64,000 nt of DNA from assembly GCA_934122395.1 (NCBI GenBank), contig CAKOWQ010000002.1, positions 2,595 through 66,594 of the forward strand. Reading direction: 5' to 3'. Origin of the DNA: an uncultured Bacilli bacterium (GTDB taxonomy: Bacteria; Bacillota_I; Bacilli_A; RF39; UBA660). The notes below the pieces were generated by a model, which ran no database searches, was not told the origin of the DNA, and saw only the letters and a list, made by a program, of their open reading frames with translations. The first letter of the stretch is position 1. Each line of letters opens with the position of its first letter. Shown in pieces: positions 58,901 to 64,000 of this stretch. The translations under genes and the position numbers were made by a program.

Positions 58901-59440
58901 TTACTTTCTAAATGGAACACCAAGTTCATTTAATAAATCATAAGCTTCTTCGTTTGATTTAGCAGTTGTTACAAATACGATATCCATACCTCTAACTTTT
59001 ACTACATCATCATATTCGATTTCTGAGAATATCAATTGTTCTTTAATACCTAAAGTATAATTTCCTCTACCGTCAAATGCTCTTGGAGATACTCCTCTAA
59101 AGTCACGTACACGAGGTAATCCAATAGATAATAACTTATCCATAAAGTTATACATGTTTTCTCCTCTTAAAGTAACTTTGCATCCGATTGATTGTCCTTC
59201 TCTTAGCTTAAATCCTGCAATTGATTTTCTTGCTTTAGTAATTACAGGTTTTTGTCCTGAAATTAACTCTAATTCTTTAACTGCTGCCTCTAATAATTTA
59301 GAATTAGTAGTAGCATCTCCTACACCGATATTGATTACAATCTTATCTAGTTTAGGAACTTCCATTATAGTCTTATAATTATATTTTTTTGTTAAACTTG
59401 GAACTATTTCATTTAAATACTTTTCTTTTAGGCGGTTCAT
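58901..59440 (-). CDS. rplE: 50S ribosomal protein L5. Start trimmed from the ORF-track 59458 to the RBS-supported Met.
   Basis: RBS GGAAGGAGGG precedes '[14 protein letters not shown]'. The ORF-track extension MEGGYY overlaps rplX. Confidence 0.85.
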   Translation of the reverse strand: MNRLKEKYLNEIVPSLTKKYNYKTIMEVPKLDKIVINIGVGDATTNSKLLEAAVKELELISGQKPVITKARKSIAGFKLREGQSIGCKVTLRGENMYNFMDKLLSIGLPRVRDFRGVSPRAFDGRGNYTLGIKEQLIFSEIEYDDVVKVRGMDIVFVTTAKSNEEAYDLLNELGVPFRK

Positions 59441-59457
59441 ATAATACCCTCCTTCCA

Positions 59458-59766
59458 CTAATCAATCTTCTCGCTAGATCTTTTAGCTATTCTTATTTTT
59501 TTATTATTTTTATCAGTTGTATGCCCGATTCTAGTACCTTTTTTTGTTTTAGGATCTAGTATCATAACATTTGAAGCGTGGATAGGTGCTTCTATTTCAA
59601 GAATGCCACCTGTTTCATTTCCATTACCTTTTCTATGTTTCTTTATGATATTACATCCTTCAACGATTACTTTGTTTTCGTTTTTAAGGGTTTTGATTAT
59701 TTTTCCTTCTTTACCCTTACTAGATCCAGCAATAACTACTACTTTATCTCCTACTTTTAAATTCAT
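59458..59766 (-). CDS. rplX: 50S ribosomal protein L24.
   Basis: '[23 protein letters not shown]'. Confidence 0.9.
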   Translation of the reverse strand: MNLKVGDKVVVIAGSSKGKEGKIIKTLKNENKVIVEGCNIIKKHRKGNGNETGGILEIEAPIHASNVMILDPKTKKGTRIGHTTDKNNKKIRIAKRSSEKID

Positions 59767-59777
59767 AATATCCTCCC

Positions 59778-60146
59778 TTATAGCACTTCTTTAGCTAAAG
59801 ATACTATTTTCATAAAATCTTTGTCACGAAGTTCACGTGCCACTGGTCCAAAGATACGTGTTCCTACTGGACTCTTATCATCTTTAATGATAACACATGC
59901 GTTGTCATCGAATTTAATATATGATCCATCTTCTCTTCTAACACCTTGTTTACTTCTTACGATAACAGCTTTAACTACTTTTCCTTTTGGTACAGTTCCA
60001 TTAGGTGTGGCTTTTTTAATTGTACCAACAACTATGTCACCGATATTACCAGTTTTTACTTTGCTTCCACCTAGAACTCTGATTACTAATAGTTCTCTTG
60101 CTCCTGAGTTGTCAGCAACTTTTAAACGACTTTCTTGTTGAAGCAT
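59778..60146 (-). CDS. rplN: 50S ribosomal protein L14.
   Basis: '[27 protein letters not shown]'. Confidence 0.9.
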   Translation of the reverse strand: MLQQESRLKVADNSGARELLVIRVLGGSKVKTGNIGDIVVGTIKKATPNGTVPKGKVVKAVIVRSKQGVRREDGSYIKFDDNACVIIKDDKSPVGTRIFGPVARELRDKDFMKIVSLAKEVL

Positions 60147-60168
60147 AATTAATCCTCCTTCACCTAAG

Positions 60169-60426
60169 TTATAAAATAACTGCTTCTTTTACTATTTCTG
60201 CTAAATAGAATCTCTTAGTAGCTGAAATTGGTTTAGTTTCAACTATTCTAACAGTATCTCCTTCTTTAGCTTTATTTGTTTCATCATGTACAGCATATTT
60301 CTTAGAATATTTTACTCTTTTACCATACAATGGATGTTTTTTATAAGTTTCTACTAAAACAGTAATTGTTTTATTGTTTTTAGCACTTACTACTTTTCCA
60401 ACTAACTCTTTCTTAACTTTTTCCAT
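60169..60426 (-). CDS. rpsQ: 30S ribosomal protein S17.
   Basis: '[34 protein letters not shown]'. Confidence 0.9.
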   Translation of the reverse strand: MEKVKKELVGKVVSAKNNKTITVLVETYKKHPLYGKRVKYSKKYAVHDETNKAKEGDTVRIVETKPISATKRFYLAEIVKEAVIL

Positions 60427-60436
60427 TCTAACCCTC

Positions 60437-60631
60437 CTATTTACTCATTTCACGTTCATTTAAAACGGTTTTAAGTCTTGCTACTTGATGTCTTAATTCT
60501 CTGATTCTTGAAGGTTTTTCTAAGTTACCTGTTGCTTGTTGGAAACGTAAATTAAATAATTCTTCTTTAGATTCTTTAATCTTTGTGATTATTTCTTCAG
60601 TGGTTAGATTTCTAATTTCATTAACCTTCAT
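60437..60631 (-). CDS. rpmC: 50S ribosomal protein L29.
   Basis: '[35 protein letters not shown]'. Confidence 0.9.
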   Translation of the reverse strand: MKVNEIRNLTTEEIITKIKESKEELFNLRFQQATGNLEKPSRIRELRHQVARLKTVLNEREMSK

Positions 60632-61055
60632 TTATATCACCACCATTTTCTTTAATTACAAATTTTGTTTTAATTGGTAATTTGTGAGCTGCTAATCTTA
60701 AAGCTTCTCTAGCTGTTGCTTCATCAACTCCAGCTATTTCAAACATTATTTTTCCTTCTTTAACTACAGCTACCCACGCTTCTACATTACCTTTTCCTTT
60801 TCCTTGACGTGTTCCTAATGGTTTTTTAGTCAATGGCATATGAGGGAAAATATTTATCCAAACTTTTCCGCCACGTTTCATGTAACGAGTCATAGCTACA
60901 CGAGCTGCTTCGATTTGGTTTGTAGTAATCCAAGCACCTTCCATAGCCATTAATCCAAAATCACCATTGTGTAATTCTGTATTACCTTTAGCTTTGCCTT
61001 CGTAAGGTAATCTATGAACACGACGATATTTAGTTCTTGCTGGTATTAATGCCAT
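60621..61055 (-). CDS. rplP: 50S ribosomal protein L16.
   Basis: '[24 protein letters not shown]'. Confidence 0.9.
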   Translation of the reverse strand: MALIPARTKYRRVHRLPYEGKAKGNTELHNGDFGLMAMEGAWITTNQIEAARVAMTRYMKRGGKVWINIFPHMPLTKKPLGTRQGKGKGNVEAWVAVVKEGKIMFEIAGVDEATAREALRLAAHKLPIKTKFVIKENGGDINEG

Positions 61056-61057
61056 AA

Positions 61058-61711
61058 TTAATTACCTCCTTTAGCCTTTTTATCTTCAAGAATTTCTCCT
61101 TTATAGATCCATACTTTAACACCGATTTTACCAAAAGTAGTATCAGCTTCAGCATGTGCATAATCTATATCTGCTCTTAATGTATGTAGAGGAATAGTTC
61201 CTTCAGAATATCCTTCACTACGTGCTATATCAGCACCACCTAAACGTCCAGATACTAAAGTTTTAATTCCTTTAGCTCCTGCTTTCATAGCATTTCTAAT
61301 TGCTCTTTTTTGAGCCATTCTGAATGATGCTCTGTTTTCAATTTGATTAGCTATACTTTCTGCAACTAGAGCTGCATCAACGTCTGGTTTTTTAATGTCT
61401 GCTATTGAAATTTGAATATCTTCTCCTACAATTTTAGACATTGACTTTTTAATCTTTTCTATTTCTTCACCACCACGACCGATGATAACACCAGGTTTAG
61501 CAGTGTGAATAATAACTTCTGTTCTTTTTCCGTTACGTTCAACTTCAACTTTTGAAACTGATGCGTCTTTTAAATTTTCAGCAATATACTTACGGATTTT
61601 TAAATCTTTTTCTAAGTAATTTGAGAAATCTTTACCAGATGCATACCAATTAGCTTCCCAATCTTTGTTGATACCTATTCTAAGTCCAACTGGACTAACC
61701 TTTTGTCCCAT
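61058..61711 (-). CDS. rpsC: 30S ribosomal protein S3.
   Basis: '[24 protein letters not shown]', KH domain. Confidence 0.9.
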   Translation of the reverse strand: MGQKVSPVGLRIGINKDWEANWYASGKDFSNYLEKDLKIRKYIAENLKDASVSKVEVERNGKRTEVIIHTAKPGVIIGRGGEEIEKIKKSMSKIVGEDIQISIADIKKPDVDAALVAESIANQIENRASFRMAQKRAIRNAMKAGAKGIKTLVSGRLGGADIARSEGYSEGTIPLHTLRADIDYAHAEADTTFGKIGVKVWIYKGEILEDKKAKGGN

Positions 61712-61726
61712 ACTAACCTCCTTCGA

Positions 61727-62059
61727 TTATTTGCTAGCCACTGTGATAACAATGTGACTAGTTCTCTTATCGTTATGTCCTATATGACTACGTGAATCAA
61801 ACATGTGTCTTTTCATTACAGGACCTGCATCTACTCTTGCTTCTTTAACATATAGAGTATTTGCATCTAGTTTTAAATTATTAACTGCGTTAGCAATTGC
61901 TGAATCTAAAACTTTTTTTGTAAGCCTAGCTGGCTTTTTATTCATATTATTTAATATGTTTAATGCAACATTAACATCTTTACCACGAATTAAATCAACA
62001 ACTAATCTTGTTTTAATAGGTGATACTCTAAGAGTTTTTGCGATTGCCTTTGCTTCCAT
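61727..62059 (-). CDS. rplV: 50S ribosomal protein L22.
   Basis: 'AKTLRVSPIKTRLVVDLIRGKDV...NKRTSHIVITV'. Confidence 0.9.
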   Translation of the reverse strand: MEAKAIAKTLRVSPIKTRLVVDLIRGKDVNVALNILNNMNKKPARLTKKVLDSAIANAVNNLKLDANTLYVKEARVDAGPVMKRHMFDSRSHIGHNDKRTSHIVITVASK

Positions 62060-62077
62060 TTTCTTTCCTCCTAGTCA

Positions 62078-62347
62078 TTATTTCTTTTTGTCTTCGCCAT
62101 GACCACCAAATTTACGAGTTAAAGCAAATTCTCCAAGTTTATGTCCAACCATATCTTCAGTTACATATACTGGAATGAATTCTTTACCGTTATGTACTGC
62201 GAATGTGTGTCCAATAAAATCAGGAAATATTGTTGAACGGCGTGACCATGTTTTAATTACTTCTTTTTTTCCATTTTTATTTAATTCTTGAACCTTGTTT
62301 AATAATCTATCAAATACATAAGGTCCTTTTTTTAAACTTCTAGCCAT
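62078..62347 (-). CDS. rpsS: 30S ribosomal protein S19.
   Basis: '[11 protein letters not shown]...[45 protein letters not shown]'. Confidence 0.9.
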   Translation of the reverse strand: MARSLKKGPYVFDRLLNKVQELNKNGKKEVIKTWSRRSTIFPDFIGHTFAVHNGKEFIPVYVTEDMVGHKLGEFALTRKFGGHGEDKKK

Positions 62348-62364
62348 AATTAACTCTATCCTCC

Positions 62365-63195
62365 TTAATTACTATTGCGACGACGCACAATAAGTTTATC
62401 AGACGCTTTTCTCTTACGAGTCTTGTATCCAAGAGCAGGTTTACCCCAAGGAGTAACTGGTCCTTTACGTCCAATAGGTGCACGACCTTCACCACCACCA
62501 TGTGGGTGATCATTAGGGTTCATAACAGAACCACGAACTGTTGGTCTAATACCCATATGACGACTACGTCCGGCTTTTCCTAATTTTACAAGTTCGTAAT
62601 CTTCATTTCCTACTTCACCGATAGTTGCATAGCAAGTTCCTAGAACTAATCTTTGTTCTCCGCTTGATAAACGAACCATTACATATGTTCCTTCTCTACC
62701 TAGGATTTGTGCACTTGCTCCTGCACTTCTAGCTAATTCTCCACCTTTACCAGGTTTTAATTCTATATTATGAATTACAGTACCAACTGGAATATTTTTA
62801 ATTGGTAAGCTGTTACCAGTTTTGATATCAGCATTTTCACCAGCAACTATTTCCATACCTACTGTTAATCCTTTTGGAGCGATTATATATCTTTTTTCTC
62901 CATCTTTATAATTAATTAATGCAATGTTAGCACTTCTATTTGGATCATACTCAATTGTTGCTACTAATCCAGGAATATCTCTTTTATCTCTTTTGAAATC
63001 GATAAGTCTGTATTTTCTCTTAGCTCCTCCGCCTTGATGTCTTACAGTGATTCTTCCTTGATTATTACGACCACCATTTTTCTTTAAAGTAACTACCAAA
63101 CTTTTTTCAGGAGTGCTTGAAGTGATCTCATCATTTATTAAAGTAGACATTTTACGTCTAGCATTAGTAGTTGGTTTAAAATTTCTAATTGCCAT
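62365..63195 (-). CDS. rplB: 50S ribosomal protein L2.
   Basis: '[22 protein letters not shown]', '[25 protein letters not shown]'. Confidence 0.9.
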   Translation of the reverse strand: MAIRNFKPTTNARRKMSTLINDEITSSTPEKSLVVTLKKNGGRNNQGRITVRHQGGGAKRKYRLIDFKRDKRDIPGLVATIEYDPNRSANIALINYKDGEKRYIIAPKGLTVGMEIVAGENADIKTGNSLPIKNIPVGTVIHNIELKPGKGGELARSAGASAQILGREGTYVMVRLSSGEQRLVLGTCYATIGEVGNEDYELVKLGKAGRSRHMGIRPTVRGSVMNPNDHPHGGGEGRAPIGRKGPVTPWGKPALGYKTRKRKASDKLIVRRRNSN

Positions 63196-63209
63196 AATGT
63201 TACCCTCCT

Positions 63210-63494
63210 CTAATTAAGATCGATAGTTTGACCTTCAGCTAATTTAACAATTGCTTTTTTATAACGATTTGTTAAACCAGTGTAACGTCCTACTCTTCTT
63301 TTCTTTGTTTTTGCGTTAATAGTAGAAATACTTTCTACTTTAACTTTGAATATTTTTTCAATAGCTTCTTTTATTTCAGTTTTATTAGCTTTAGGATCTA
63401 CTTTGAATACGTATTTTCCTTCATTTTGAGCTAATGTGCTACTTTTTTCAGTAATAACTGGTGCTTTAATAATTTCTAAATATTTTGTATTCAT
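63210..63494 (-). CDS. rplW: 50S ribosomal protein L23.
   Basis: '[26 protein letters not shown]'. Confidence 0.9.
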   Translation of the reverse strand: MNTKYLEIIKAPVITEKSSTLAQNEGKYVFKVDPKANKTEIKEAIEKIFKVKVESISTINAKTKKRRVGRYTGLTNRYKKAIVKLAEGQTIDLN

Positions 63495-64000
63495 TATGCT
63501 AGCACCTCCTCAATTGATTTTAATGCTTCTTCTGTAATAACTACTTTTTCGTTAGCAATTAAATCTAATACATTAATTTCGTTTGCTTCTAGTAATGTAA
63601 CATTGTCTAAGTTTCTAGAAGATAAAATAATGTTTTCATCTAATTCATTTACGATTATTAAAGTTTTTACATCGTTAACTTTTAATGTTGTAAGGATACT
63701 TAACATATCTTTAGTTTTAGGAGTAGCAACTTTTAATTCATCAAGAATTATCATGTCAGCTGCTTTAACTGCTAAAGCACTCTTTAATGCTAATTTTCTT
63801 TCCTTACGATTCATTTTTTTACTATAATCTCTTGGAACAGGTCCGAAGGCTATACCTCCGCCTCTCCATTGTACAGCTCTAATTGATCCTTGACGAGCAT
63901 GACCTGTACCTTTTTGACGCCATGGCTTTCTTCCACCACCGCTTACTTCTGAACGAACTTTAGTCTTATGGGTTCCTTGTCTTAATGATGCTCTAGTTAA
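63494..64000 (-). CDS. rplD: 50S ribosomal protein L4 (N-terminus beyond window end). The ORF-track start at 63814 is an internal Met.
   Basis: Reading frame stays open upstream of 63814 to the window edge, encoding '...[46 protein letters not shown]...', the canonical L4 core. Confidence 0.85.
   Translation of the reverse strand, partial: LTRASLRQGTHKTKVRSEVSGGGRKPWRQKGTGHARQGSIRAVQWRGGGIAFGPVPRDYSKKMNRKERKLALKSALAVKAADMIILDELKVATPKTKDMLSILTTLKVNDVKTLIIVNELDENIILSSRNLDNVTLLEANEINVLDLIANEKVVITEEALKSIEEVLA

Noticed and set aside
63494-63814. 106-aa L4 ORF as a complete gene.
   Set aside because: The reading frame stays open upstream to the window edge and encodes the conserved L4 core. The track start is an internal Met, so the gene is reported as partial 63494-64000.
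1-64000. CRISPR arrays, tRNA/rRNA genes and prophage structural genes.
   Set aside because: No regularly spaced direct repeats, no cloverleaf-like GC-rich 75-nt islands, and no capsid, terminase or portal-like ORFs were seen anywhere in the window.

Overview
This is a very low-GC (about 26-28%) Bacillota-type chromosome segment, almost entirely transcribed on the minus strand. No CRISPR array, rRNA or tRNA gene was seen.

The window divides into three parts.

- Positions 1 to about 14.4 kb look like the leading-region end of an integrated conjugative element or plasmid. In transcription order the genes are: a small acidic ORF, parA, parB, a secreted protein, a Cna-B-type surface adhesin with a sorting signal, a sortase, four tiny overlapping ORFs (one possibly OB-fold/SSB-like), and a giant protein of more than 2360 aa. 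The giant protein fuses an ArdC-like N-terminus, an N6-adenine DNA methyltransferase and an SNF2/DEXH helicase. It runs off the window edge and is missing from the ORF track for that reason.
- Positions 14.4 to 51.2 kb are chromosomal genes interleaved with accessory genes. The housekeeping set is htrA, cwlD, rpsI-rplM-truA, ffh-ylxM-ftsY, ezrA, rpsD, tyrS and leuS (both with T-box leaders), trmB, ytgP-like, ytxGH-like and a fused ABC transporter. The unusual or accessory genes are:
  - an Abi_2 abortive-infection protein;
  - a catalytically degenerate ecfA/ecfA'/ecfT-like module upstream of truA;
  - a HerA/DUF87-type ATPase inserted between ylxM and ffh;
  - an orphan prepilin-like gene;
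  - a GH31 hydrolase;
  - a TasA/camelysin-like secreted protein with a SipW-type signal peptide;
  - a translationally coupled patatin/radical-SAM pair;
  - an SDR.
- Positions 51.2 to 64 kb hold the S10-spc-alpha ribosomal supercluster, from rplD (N-terminus beyond the window) to rplQ. It is complete except for rpmD (L30), and rpsN is the short Zn-ribbon type Z form.

Sporulation-associated genes (cwlD, a SpoIID-domain protein, Cse60-like) suggest a spore-forming lineage. All annotation is by eye from the sequence and the ORF track; no database searches were run.
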